DNA of 64,000 nt. Source: a virus. The notes beneath the pieces were generated by a model that worked only from the letters and a program-made list of their open reading frames with translations, was not told the origin of the DNA and did no database searches. Of this stretch, positions 45,678 to 56,100 are shown piece by piece (position 1 is the first letter of the stretch; each line of letters starts with the position of its first letter). Location: positions 54,982 through 118,981 of the IMG/VR virus record IMGVR_UViG_3300002835_000041; one strand, written 5' to 3'. The translations under genes were made by a program, and so were the position numbers.

Positions 45678-47480
45678 ATGGCAACAAGAATGCAACAGCG
45701 TAGAGGATTAGCATCCCAATGGGCATCTGTAAACCCAGTACTAGCAGCAGGTGAAATCGGTTTTGAAACTGACACCAGCAAATTTAAGATGGGTAATGGA
45801 ACATCTACATGGTCCCAGTTGGTATATTTTGCTAACGCAACAGAACTTCAGGCTGCAATTGACGCAGTTGTGGGTCTTCCACCAGCAACTCTAGACTCCT
45901 TGGCAGAGATTGCAGACGCTTTGGGCGACGATCCCAACTTCTTGTCAGCATTAGCAACAAACGCAAGAGTTGACAACGTGGTTCTTGGTGGAGCAGCACA
46001 AGCCCAAGCAGCAGCAAACGCTGCAGCAGCAGCGCTTACAGCCCACAACGCAGCCACAACAGATGTTCATGGAATTGCTGACACAGCACTTCTAGCAACT
46101 ACAGCAAATGTAGCAACTGCTAAAACAGAAGCACTTGCAGCAACAGATTCAAAGATTTCAACTGCAGTAGCAGCACTTACAAAGTCTTCAGTAGGTCTTG
46201 CAAATGTTGATAACACTCTGGATCTAGATAAGCCAGTTTCAAATGCAACATTAACTGCAATTGATACTGCAAAGACTGAAGCAATTTCTGCTTCGTCAAC
46301 AGTTTCAGAGTCTAATGTGTCAACGCACAATTCTCTTACGACAAATGTTCATGGAATTGCTGACACAGCACTTCTTGCAACAAAAGCGTATGCTGATGGA
46401 TCAGAAACAGATGCAATCACTGCAGCAGGTCTTGCAGCAGATGCAAAGATTTTGTCACATAATAATGAAACAACAAATGTTCATGGAATTTTAGACACAG
46501 CAGAGTTAGTTACTAGCGCAGATCTTATAATTGCTCTTAGTGGCGCAGCAGAAGGATATCCATCTCTTGCAGGCGAAGGTCTTGAATGGGACTCAGTTAA
46601 TGAGCAGTTTGATATTGATGAAACATTAATAGCAACTAGAGTTTACGCAGAAAACACAGCAGATACAAAGATTGCTACAGCAGTTGCAGCACTTACAAAG
46701 TCTTCAGTAGGACTTACAAGTGTTGATAACACATCAGACTTAAGTAAGCCAGTATCTACAGTACAGGCTACAGCAATAGAAACTGCAAAGACTGAGGCTA
46801 TTACAGCAGCAGGAACAGCAGCAGATACAAAGATTTCTACACACAATACAGATACATCAGATGTACACGGAATTGCAGATACTTCACTTCTAGCACTTAA
46901 GTCAGAAGTTGCAGCAGTAACAAAGGCATCACTTGGTCTTGGAAATGTTGATAATACAGCAGATACAGCAAAGCCAGTATCTACAGCACAGTCACAAGCA
47001 ATTGCAACTGCAAAGGCAGAGGCAATCGCAGATGCAACATCACAGGTAAACGCACTTCTAACTGGCGCACCAGAAGCACTCAATACACTTGATGAACTTG
47101 CTGCAGCACTTGGAGATGACGCAAACTTTGCGGCATCAGTAACAACTAGCCTTGGATTAAAGGTAGACTCTTTAACACCAATTACTCAAAAGACAGAGTC
47201 ATATACACTTTCATCATTAACTGAAAGAGATGATCTAATTGAAATGGGATCTGCATCAGCAATAACACTTACAGTTCCACCATCATCATCAGTTAATTTT
47301 CCAATCGGAACATCCATAGATGTTCTTCAAACAGGCACAGGACAGGTTACAATTGCTGCAGGTGCAGGAGTAACTGTTAATGCAACACCAGGTTTAAAGT
47401 TGCGTACACAATGGTCTGGAGTTACTCTTTTCAAGAGAGCAGCAGATACTTGGGTAGTTTACGGCGACCTAACAGCATAA
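45678..47480 (+). CDS. tail fibre with Mtd/hyaluronidase-type N-terminal domain
   Basis: Same N-terminus; repeats HNxxTTNVHGIADT and LTKSSVGL.NVDNT.D. Confidence 0.8.
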   Translation: MATRMQQRRGLASQWASVNPVLAAGEIGFETDTSKFKMGNGTSTWSQLVYFANATELQAAIDAVVGLPPATLDSLAEIADALGDDPNFLSALATNARVDNVVLGGAAQAQAAANAAAAALTAHNAATTDVHGIADTALLATTANVATAKTEALAATDSKISTAVAALTKSSVGLANVDNTLDLDKPVSNATLTAIDTAKTEAISASSTVSESNVSTHNSLTTNVHGIADTALLATKAYADGSETDAITAAGLAADAKILSHNNETTNVHGILDTAELVTSADLIIALSGAAEGYPSLAGEGLEWDSVNEQFDIDETLIATRVYAENTADTKIATAVAALTKSSVGLTSVDNTSDLSKPVSTVQATAIETAKTEAITAAGTAADTKISTHNTDTSDVHGIADTSLLALKSEVAAVTKASLGLGNVDNTADTAKPVSTAQSQAIATAKAEAIADATSQVNALLTGAPEALNTLDELAAALGDDANFAASVTTSLGLKVDSLTPITQKTESYTLSSLTERDDLIEMGSASAITLTVPPSSSVNFPIGTSIDVLQTGTGQVTIAAGAGVTVNATPGLKLRTQWSGVTLFKRAADTWVVYGDLTA

Positions 47481-47510
47481 AAATTTAAATAGGAAAAAGG
47501 AGATACAGAG

Positions 47511-49289
47511 ATGGCAGTTAATAAGAATATAGGTGGAAGATCACAGGCAGCAAATGACTTCTTGGCACCACTTGCACCAATAGATGTTGTTCTAACAGAT
47601 GTTGGAACAAACAGACCATATAATAATGGTGCCGTATCAGTTGCATTTGCACTGCCAGCAAACTCTCCTCAAGCAACATCATACACAGTAACACTCAGTA
47701 GCGGACAAAGCAATACTGGGTCTTCTTCTCCTATAACCGTTACAGGAATTAATTCGTCAGCATCAGTTACTGCAACAGTAACCGCAACAAATGAAATTGG
47801 AACATCTCCATCATCTTCTGTATCTTCAGCAGTAACAGTAACTACAGTTCCAGCAACACCAGGAGCACCATCAGCATCATCTTCTTCAGCAGGAACAGAC
47901 TATGTTTCATGGACAGCACCAGATAATGGTGGAAAAGCAATTACTAACTATCGTTGGACATCTGATGATGGCAAAGCAGGAGATACTTCTTCAACTGCAG
48001 TGAATGTTGGTCAAGAGCAAGGATCGGCACAGACATACAATGTTTATGCCACTAATGCCAATGGAAACTCAGGAACATCTTCTGCATCAGGATCTGTTAC
48101 TACAGCATTTTCTTTCGCACCATTTGGTGCTTTTGGTTTCGTACCAGCACCTACACCAACGCCAGTTGTAAACTGTAATCAGTGTCTTAGTTATGAACCA
48201 TCCGATGGTTCTTATGGATTAACACAAAGTAATGGATCATGTACTTCAGGTACAATAACTTACAGAATGTGTCGTACTCCAGGTGGCTGTCCAGATGTAC
48301 CTCAGTTTGGTCCTTGCGTTCCACCAGCACCAACACCAGCACCTACACCAGTTCCAACACCAGCACTTGACTGTGTAACATGCGTAGGCGGTACATATAA
48401 TCAAGATTGTCCAAGTGGACAAGTAGGAACAATAACTTATTGCAGAACTGCAGCAGCATGTCCTGACTATATACAAAGCAATACTTGTGCAGCAGCACCT
48501 ACACCAGCACCTGTACTAAACTGTACAAGTTGTGTTTACGGTGAAACAGAACCTGCTTGTCCATCTGGCCAAGTTGGTTACCGTCGTCGCTGTATTACAG
48601 CATCAGGATGCCCTGATTATGACATTGTTAACACATGTACAACACCATTCGGAGCCTTCGGTGCTTTCGGAGCCTTTGGAGCCTTCGGAGCCTTTGGAGC
48701 CTTCGGAGCCTTCGGTGCTTTCGGAGCCTTCGGTGCTTTCGGAGCCTTCGGTGCTTTCGGAGCATTCGGTGCTTTCGGAGCATTCGGTGCCTATACTTTC
48801 GGTAAGTCTGTAAGCGTACACACATTAGTGTTAACCACAAATGGATACGTTGAAGCAGGAAATCTTCAAGTAGGAGATGTCCTAGTTTCTACAGAAATTC
48901 CTGGTCTAGGAATGAACTTTACAAAGGAAGATGTTAAAAACTGGTCAGGAAACCCAGCAGATCTTGCTATGGTTCCTGACAAGGAAACAACAATTATGCA
49001 TATAGGAACAACTACAGCAGAAGACTCTGTATCTATCAATGGTGAATTTTATTCAGGATCTCACTATATGCTAGTAAAAAGAGATGGAGTTTCAAAGATG
49101 ATTGCATCTATTGATCTTCTAGATACAGATGAGTTGTGGTCTACAGATACAAATACTTGGACTGCAATAACTGAGTTGACTATCTCACATATTCCTCATC
49201 AGGTAGTTTCTATAAACTGTGAGCCTTATGACTTGTTCTATACAGATCACTTCTTGGTTTACGATGGATACCAAACAGCAGAAAACTAA
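47511..49289 (+). CDS. fibre/surface protein: FN3-like domains, 3x six-Cys modules, (FGA)16, C-terminal Hint domain
   Basis: DNGGKAITNY FN3; SVSVHTLVLTTNGYVEAGNLQVGD Hint block; VVSINCEPYDLFYTDHFLVYD. Confidence 0.85.
   Translation: MAVNKNIGGRSQAANDFLAPLAPIDVVLTDVGTNRPYNNGAVSVAFALPANSPQATSYTVTLSSGQSNTGSSSPITVTGINSSASVTATVTATNEIGTSPSSSVSSAVTVTTVPATPGAPSASSSSAGTDYVSWTAPDNGGKAITNYRWTSDDGKAGDTSSTAVNVGQEQGSAQTYNVYATNANGNSGTSSASGSVTTAFSFAPFGAFGFVPAPTPTPVVNCNQCLSYEPSDGSYGLTQSNGSCTSGTITYRMCRTPGGCPDVPQFGPCVPPAPTPAPTPVPTPALDCVTCVGGTYNQDCPSGQVGTITYCRTAAACPDYIQSNTCAAAPTPAPVLNCTSCVYGETEPACPSGQVGYRRRCITASGCPDYDIVNTCTTPFGAFGAFGAFGAFGAFGAFGAFGAFGAFGAFGAFGAFGAFGAFGAFGAYTFGKSVSVHTLVLTTNGYVEAGNLQVGDVLVSTEIPGLGMNFTKEDVKNWSGNPADLAMVPDKETTIMHIGTTTAEDSVSINGEFYSGSHYMLVKRDGVSKMIASIDLLDTDELWSTDTNTWTAITELTISHIPHQVVSINCEPYDLFYTDHFLVYDGYQTAEN
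48648..48791 (+). repeat. 9-nt tandem repeat, 16 units, encoding Phe-Gly-Ala
   Basis: TT(C/T)GG(A/T)GC(C/T/A) x16; variation only at third codon positions. Confidence 0.95.
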
Positions 49290-49294
49290 AAACA

Positions 49295-49816
49295 GTGATC
49301 AGGGTTATTGATACTTCAAATTTTTTAAAATTTGATTATCCAGAACAACTGAACGGTGCATGGTTTTACTATGTGTTTTTTGAAAATCATCCAAATAAAA
49401 ATATAGACGGAATATGTTCTATATACTTTAATGACAAATACCCAAGTGGTTCGGTATGCGTTGGAGACTACATATTAAATGATTATCCAGATGCATATTC
49501 CTCATGGACAAAACCAGATAAAGATGGAAATGTTAAGTCAGCCAGAGTGCTAGTTTCTCCTATTTTAAGAGGAAAGGGTATTGCTAAAGCAGGAGGAGCA
49601 TATGGAATGACAATGCTAAGAGATGTTTTTGGTAAAACTGTTGTACATGACTCTGGAAATGAACTTTCGTATAAAGCCTATGCAGGAGCCGCTAAAATTG
49701 CAAATCTTCCTATTTTTAAAAATACAAAGATAGAAGAAGGATTTCACATGGGTAAAGAGTTTTTTGACCAACCAATCTATCCATATGTTTTCTTTGGCAG
49801 AAGGGTCTCTGAATAA
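49295..49816 (+). CDS. GNAT-like acetyltransferase
   Basis: VLVSPILRGKGIA (motif A), N..S...Y. Confidence 0.6.
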   Translation: MIRVIDTSNFLKFDYPEQLNGAWFYYVFFENHPNKNIDGICSIYFNDKYPSGSVCVGDYILNDYPDAYSSWTKPDKDGNVKSARVLVSPILRGKGIAKAGGAYGMTMLRDVFGKTVVHDSGNELSYKAYAGAAKIANLPIFKNTKIEEGFHMGKEFFDQPIYPYVFFGRRVSE

Positions 49817-50229
49817 TGAAATATATTGTTTTTAATCAAGAGACTGATACTATTAGTTCAATAAGTACAGCAGTAAGAGCAATGTGTAAAGAAAACAAAA
49901 TAAATTGTGAAAGACAAGAGTATAAGGTTTTAGTTTCTAAAGAAACACTGTTTGTTAAAAATAACAATGTAAGATTTACATCGGGATCAAAAAAATATTT
50001 ATGTTTTTATGGAAGATCTTATTTAAACAAAAATGGAAAAATTACTGAAACTATTTATTTAAAAGATAATTTAGTTACTTTAAATCCAGATTCTAACGAA
50101 TTATTGCTTATATCTGGCGGGATAGATAACTCAACAGTAGTAGATGATGATGAAACCCTATTGCACTTTTATGTTGCACCAAGTAGTCTTTTAGGACTAC
50201 AAGATCCAGCCTTATGGCAAAACCTTTAA
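49816..50229 (+). CDS. hypothetical protein (possible cupin-like)
   Basis: TAATG overlap; beta-rich pattern. Confidence 0.65.
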   Translation: MKYIVFNQETDTISSISTAVRAMCKENKINCERQEYKVLVSKETLFVKNNNVRFTSGSKKYLCFYGRSYLNKNGKITETIYLKDNLVTLNPDSNELLLISGGIDNSTVVDDDETLLHFYVAPSSLLGLQDPALWQNL

Positions 50230-50260
50230 TATGATATAATTAAAGTAACGAAAGGCTTAT

Positions 50261-50977
50261 ATGAATACCATTAGATTCCTTCAGATGTATCCAGCACTTA
50301 CTAACATTGTTCCAGAGCCAGAACCAGGAACAAAAAATGTTCCTTCTTGGTATAAAGAGCAACCAGCAATTGCAGGTGGCAGCGATATCCCTGATAGAGG
50401 AGTAATGCGTCTTACTGTAAAAAAATGCCAGGCCTTTTTTGATGCTATGTCAATGGGATATATACTAAAAGTTCCATGCGATATATACATAGACACAACT
50501 GATGGAAATGTTAATATTCAATTACCTATTCATATGAACAAATACTATACTGCATTAATAAGTGAGCACAATCCAGAACAAGTCTCCCATCTTCCAATAG
50601 ATCAAGACATATACTGCAATAGAATATTAAGAATCCATCCTACTTGGATGGTTCAAACCGATGAGGGCTATAGTACGTTTTTTACAAACCCAATGCACCA
50701 GAGCCCATCACCACTAAAAGCCATTGATGCAGTTGTTGATACTGATAATTATTTTACTGACGGCCATCTTTCCTTTTTAGTAAAAAAGAATTTTAAAGGA
50801 ACTATAAAGCAAGGAACCCCAATGTTTCAAGTTTTTCCATTTAAGAGAGAAGACTGGACAATGGAATTAGATAAAAACTTCTCACAAGCAAAAGTAGAAG
50901 AGCAAAGAGGAAGAGTTAGATCTAGTTTTCAAAACGGTTACAGACTTAAGTTTTGGCGAAAGAAAACATTTAAGTAA
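50261..50977 (+). CDS. conserved phage hypothetical protein
   Basis: P.WYK...TVKKC..FFDAMS.GYI...W...T..GYS..F..P...GTP..Q..PFKR..W. Confidence 0.75.
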   Translation: MNTIRFLQMYPALTNIVPEPEPGTKNVPSWYKEQPAIAGGSDIPDRGVMRLTVKKCQAFFDAMSMGYILKVPCDIYIDTTDGNVNIQLPIHMNKYYTALISEHNPEQVSHLPIDQDIYCNRILRIHPTWMVQTDEGYSTFFTNPMHQSPSPLKAIDAVVDTDNYFTDGHLSFLVKKNFKGTIKQGTPMFQVFPFKREDWTMELDKNFSQAKVEEQRGRVRSSFQNGYRLKFWRKKTFK

Positions 50978-51070
50978 AACTCTCAACAATAGATTTAGGT
51001 AGAGTTTTGCTTTTTATAAAACTCTGGTATACTTAAGTCTTAATCCGTTTTTGAAAGGACGATACATATT

Positions 51071-53104
51071 ATGTCAGATTTTTTTAGTTTTAAACTTCCA
51101 GAGGACTTCGTAGAAAAGTACAAGAGCCAAGAAAGCCCATTTGGGTTTAAGGATGCAGCAGAAAATTCACTTGGAGAAATTACTTTTATTCGTACATATT
51201 CTCGTATGAAGGAAGATGGAACTAAGGAAAGATGGCATGAGGTTTGCCGTCGTGTAATCGAGGGTATGTATTCAGTACAGAAGAATCATGCTAAAGAAAA
51301 CCGTTTGCCATGGAATGACTATAAGGCTCAGAAGTCTGCACAAGAAGCATTCCAAAGAATGTTTGAATTAAAGTGGACACCACCAGGTCGAGGTATGTGG
51401 GCATTTGGAACTCCTATGACTATGGAGAAGAAAAATTCTGCAGCACTACAAAACTGTGCAATGGTTTCAACAAAGGATCTTGACAAGAATGATCCAGGAG
51501 CACTATTTGCTTGGGTGATGGATGCACTGATGCTTGGCATTGGTGTAGGTTTTGATACAGTGGGACAGGATAAGAATTTCTCAATCTATACCCCAACAGA
51601 ACCAGAACAGGTGTTCGAAATTCCAGACACTCGTGAAGGTTGGGTAGAGTCTGTAAGACTTCTAATCAACTCCTATCTCAGAGCCAACCAGAGTATTCAA
51701 AAATTTAACTATGACTTAATCAGACCACTTGGAGCACCCATCAAGGGCTTTGGAGGCGTTGCATCAGGACCTGCACCTCTTATCAAGTTGCATGACCAGA
51801 TAGACCGTGTAATCGGCTCCAGAGGCGGAGAAACACTAGATTCTCGTGCCATTGTAGACCTTGTAAACCTCATTGGTACTTGCGTTGTATCAGGCAATGT
51901 TCGTAGGTCAGCAACACTTGCTTTAGGAAATGAAGGGGATGAAACATTCATGAATCTAAAAAATTCAGAACTATTCCCAGAGCGCAACTCATTTGATCCA
52001 GAGAATCCAGGTTGGGCTTGGATGTCTAACAATTCTATTTCAGCAGAAGTAGGAACAAAGTACGAAGACTATGTAGATTTAATTACAGAAAACGGAGAAC
52101 CAGGCTTTATCTGGCTTGATGTTGCTCGTAATTATGGACGACTAAAGGATGCGCCAGACGGTAAGGATTATCGTGTGATGGGATTTAACCCATGTGCGGA
52201 GCAGCCATTAGAATCATACGAACTATGTACACTTGTAGAAGTGCACTTAAATCGTCATGAATCTAAGGAGGACTTCCTGCGTACCCTGAAGTTTGCATAC
52301 CTATATGGAAAGACTGTAACACTTGTTCCAACACACTGGCCACAAACAAACGGTATTATGCAACGCAACCGTCGCATTGGTACATCACTAACAGGTATTG
52401 CATCTTTTGCAGATCAAAAGGGTTTGCCAATTGTTCGTGAGTGGATGGATGAAGGATACAACAAGATTCGTCACTATGATCATCAGTATTCGGAATGGCT
52501 ATGTGTTCGTGAATCAATTCGTGTAACAACAGTTAAGCCATCAGGATCTGTTTCAATTCTTTCTGGTGCAACTCCTGGAGTCCACTGGGGACCTGGAGGA
52601 AACTTCTTCCTTCGTGCAGTTCGATTTGGAAACACAGACCCAATGATGCACTTGTTCAAAGCAGCGGGGTACACAATTGAAGACGATGTAGTGTCATCAA
52701 ATACATCAGTAGTTTACTTCCCAATTAAGTCAGGTCATCCACGATCTGAAAAAGATGTTACATTATTTGAAAAGATTGCACTTGCTGCCACTGCTCAGAA
52801 GTATTGGTCTGACAATGGTGTTTCTGTAACACTGTCATTTGATAAGGAAACAGAGTCAAAGCATGTTGTTCCAGCACTTCATATGTACGAGGGACAACTA
52901 AAGGCAGTTTCATTCCTTCCAATGGGAAATACTGTTTATCCTCAGCAGCCATATACTCAGATCACGGAAGAAGAGTATGAGTCCTATATCGGCAAGTTGA
53001 AGCACATTGATTTTTCTGCCATCTATGATGGAGCAGAAAATCTTGAGGCTCAAGGTGAAATGTACTGCACAACAGATTACTGTGAAATTAAAATAAACAA
53101 GTAG
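51071..53104 (+). CDS. nrdJ: class II (adenosylcobalamin-dependent) ribonucleotide reductase
   Basis: TPPGRG, LQNCA, GNVRRSA, NPCAEQPL, ELCTLVE, TTVKPSGSVS, C-terminal CxxxxC. Confidence 0.95.
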   Translation: MSDFFSFKLPEDFVEKYKSQESPFGFKDAAENSLGEITFIRTYSRMKEDGTKERWHEVCRRVIEGMYSVQKNHAKENRLPWNDYKAQKSAQEAFQRMFELKWTPPGRGMWAFGTPMTMEKKNSAALQNCAMVSTKDLDKNDPGALFAWVMDALMLGIGVGFDTVGQDKNFSIYTPTEPEQVFEIPDTREGWVESVRLLINSYLRANQSIQKFNYDLIRPLGAPIKGFGGVASGPAPLIKLHDQIDRVIGSRGGETLDSRAIVDLVNLIGTCVVSGNVRRSATLALGNEGDETFMNLKNSELFPERNSFDPENPGWAWMSNNSISAEVGTKYEDYVDLITENGEPGFIWLDVARNYGRLKDAPDGKDYRVMGFNPCAEQPLESYELCTLVEVHLNRHESKEDFLRTLKFAYLYGKTVTLVPTHWPQTNGIMQRNRRIGTSLTGIASFADQKGLPIVREWMDEGYNKIRHYDHQYSEWLCVRESIRVTTVKPSGSVSILSGATPGVHWGPGGNFFLRAVRFGNTDPMMHLFKAAGYTIEDDVVSSNTSVVYFPIKSGHPRSEKDVTLFEKIALAATAQKYWSDNGVSVTLSFDKETESKHVVPALHMYEGQLKAVSFLPMGNTVYPQQPYTQITEEEYESYIGKLKHIDFSAIYDGAENLEAQGEMYCTTDYCEIKINK

Positions 53105-53129
53105 TCTTCTGTGGTAAAATAGACCTATA

Positions 53130-56100
53130 ATGTCTACTTCATCAAACCTATATGCAGAAAAAGTCTTTGCTGAGCACCCTATTGGTCTCTGGGCACTTGA
53201 TGATAATGCAGACTATATTTCTTTAATTTCTAACGAGCAAAGAGTATTATCCTCTATTCCAAGGTGGGAGATCTTCGGTGGTACAGTTGCTGCGTATCCA
53301 GAGTCTGTGGGAGAGCCATTTCCTGGAAGTTATGTGGGAAGGATCATAGCAGATCCAACACCCGATAGGAAAAATGCCTCAGTAACGCTAAGAAGCAAAG
53401 ACACTTTTAGTTCTTCTATTTTAAATAAATATCTAAGAACTTTCTCTCTTGGCACATATATCTATTCAGAAAGTTCGTATGTCTCTGGTTTTGAAATTGG
53501 GTATCAGTATACAGATACGACAAGCGGTCAAGAGATAAGCCATTTAAAGAATTTTGACACAGTAATAAATAATAGTTGGATTTTTATATCAGAAACGTTT
53601 GACATTCCTGAAGATGCCCTTGAAATTAAACTTGTTATTAAGATTAATTTTGTAGGAAACGTAGAAAAAGAAAATGCATTTAAAATAAACGGAATAACTT
53701 TTGGCCAGTGGTCAGAAGAGTTTGCATCAACATCCCTGGGAACTATTCCAGAAAATATTCCATCAAACATATCTATTGCTCCACAAAAGGGAATAGTTGC
53801 AAAATGTTACGGACTTCAGGAGTTAAATGCATACTACCTTGCTTCTGACAATATGTTAAAAGCAAAAAATTCTGGAATACCCCTAGTATATGGAACTTCT
53901 GGACATACAACCTTGTATGAAAATATTGGTCTTCCATCTTTGATTGTTCCTGGACTTGGAATGTTAAATAAGGATGGACAGTACAAGCAGTACACTCTAG
54001 AAATGTGGCTAAGGATAAATTCTTATTCCAATGAAACCAAAAGAATCATTGGACCCATAGCATCTTCTGACGGAATATATGTAGATGGTCCAGCAATAGG
54101 TTTAAAAATTGGAAATGAATATAAGACTAACTATATTGGTGAGTGGACAAGGCCAATGCTTGTTCATTTAAAAGTTGGAAAAGACAGCGCCTCCCTTTTG
54201 ATTAATGGAGAAGAGGTAATATCTATTCCTTACTCTCAATCACTGGCAAACCTTCCATCAAAACTTAACAATACAAAAGATCAAGACTGGATTGGTTTTT
54301 ATGCTTACGAAGATATTTCTCCTATAGATCTAGACTGCGTTGGAATTTACCCGTACCTAGTTCCCAACCAAGTCGCAAAAAGAAGGTATGTATTTGGTCA
54401 AGGTGTCGAGATTCCAGAAAACATTAATTCGTCATATAGTGGAACATCTGTTACGATTGATTATTCGTTTGCAGACTATACAGCAAACTACTCTTATCCA
54501 AAAACAGGTTCTTGGAATCAGGGATTTAGCGACAACATAGACGCATCAAACAGATCACTTTCTGTAATGTCTCATCCACTTCCACAGGTTGTACTTTCAT
54601 CTAAAACAAAGTCAGAACTATTTGAAGACAATAAGGTCTCTAATCGTATAGAAGATACAGCAAGTTTCTTTTATGACACAAAAGATTATTTTTCTTTTAA
54701 GCCAAACAACTCTTGGGACTCTGTCTCTGGCTACCTTTTCTTTGAAAACTTTGATGTTTTAAAGACACCAATATCAGCATTCTATGGGTGCTTCCAGTTA
54801 AAGGGTAATGCAACAACTCCACAAATACTTTTTAAAATTGAAAAAGAAAACACATCTAATTATTTTAAAATACAGGTAGAAAACAATACATTAAAATATA
54901 TTATTAGTTCAAATGGTAAAACTGAAACTCTGTATTCTTCTGAAGTACTAAATCAAAATGAATTTTTTGAAGTAGGCGTAAATATTCCTAGGTTTATAGA
55001 AGTTTTTGGAAATCCTGTTTCAGGGTTTTTTGGATCATTGGGAGACCTGAGAATGTATGTTGGTGGAGATAAAACTAATACAGCAACATTTAATGGCAAG
55101 ATCTATAATATTGGGTTTGCAACAAAGTATAATTTTCAAAAAATTAAAAGTTTGTTTAATGAAATAGGAGTTCCAAAACTAAATGAAGATTTGTTCTTTG
55201 CTTATCAAAATAATCAACTGATAGATATTGATGCTGGCATTGACACCACTTCTTTGCCACCCTATGGAGGTTTAACCGATGTCTCTCCAGGAGCAATATC
55301 TGGAGGAGGGGTAATACTTTTAGAGGAAGATTTTTTGATTGAACATACAGCAAGTTATACCCTGGTCCCAGACATTTTGTTTGACAAGTACACTCTTGCT
55401 ATTGCAGCAAATGCCTACTGGGAAGACAATCTTCCTTTAACATATTTTGCAGAATCTGTTTTTGATAAAAGAGGAGATAAGTATTTTGACCTTGATTTTA
55501 TTCAGTTTAATGTTAACTACCCAATTCCAACAAAAACAATTGCTATAGAGACTGATCCAGTAGAATGGACATACCAAGAACTTAATGATCAGTATGGTTC
55601 TCCAGTACAAAGAACATATGAGTCACTAGATAATTATTTGTTTACTGGGTATAACGATTATGAAGATTTAAAAAACAAAATCTCAAAAGATTATAAATAT
55701 AATACTGACGGCTCACTTGTGAAAACGTACATAACCTTTCAATATACTGAACTAGGAGCCAACGCAGTTTCAGAATATTTTACTAAATTAGAAAGGCCTG
55801 CAAGAAATGGTGTTTTAATTCCAGGTGTAGATTGGATGACAACAAAGTACGAGGTTGTAGACAACATGATTATCTATCCTCCTTCTGGAGTTGATTTTAA
55901 TGACTTGTCAATCGTAACACATATAGACATAAATATAAAAAATTCTGAAGTAAACAATGTAAGTATTAAAAATGTTTCCTATGCATCACAAGCACTAAAC
56001 GACTCCAACGCCAGCCCAATTGGTACAAGATTTGGAACTTCTATATACCCTTATACAAAAACTGGAATTTATTATAATTTTAAGAAAAATAATCCATTTT

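Noticed and set aside
44250-47480. Diversity-generating retroelement suggested by Mtd-like N-termini
   Set aside because: No reverse transcriptase and no TR/VR pair differing at adenines seen; the Mtd N-domain is only an anchor
48603-48840. ESTEGS / RKHRRL repeat ORFs and a CRISPR reading of the 9-nt repeat
   Set aside because: Antisense frames of (FGA)16; variation is confined to third positions of the plus frame; no spacers
48807-49289. Classical splicing intein
   Set aside because: No terminal His-Asn followed by Cys/Ser/Thr and no real C-extein
50977-51070. Cobalamin riboswitch or NrdR box before nrdJ
   Set aside because: Gap too short for the riboswitch; only a simple inverted repeat and a -10 are visible
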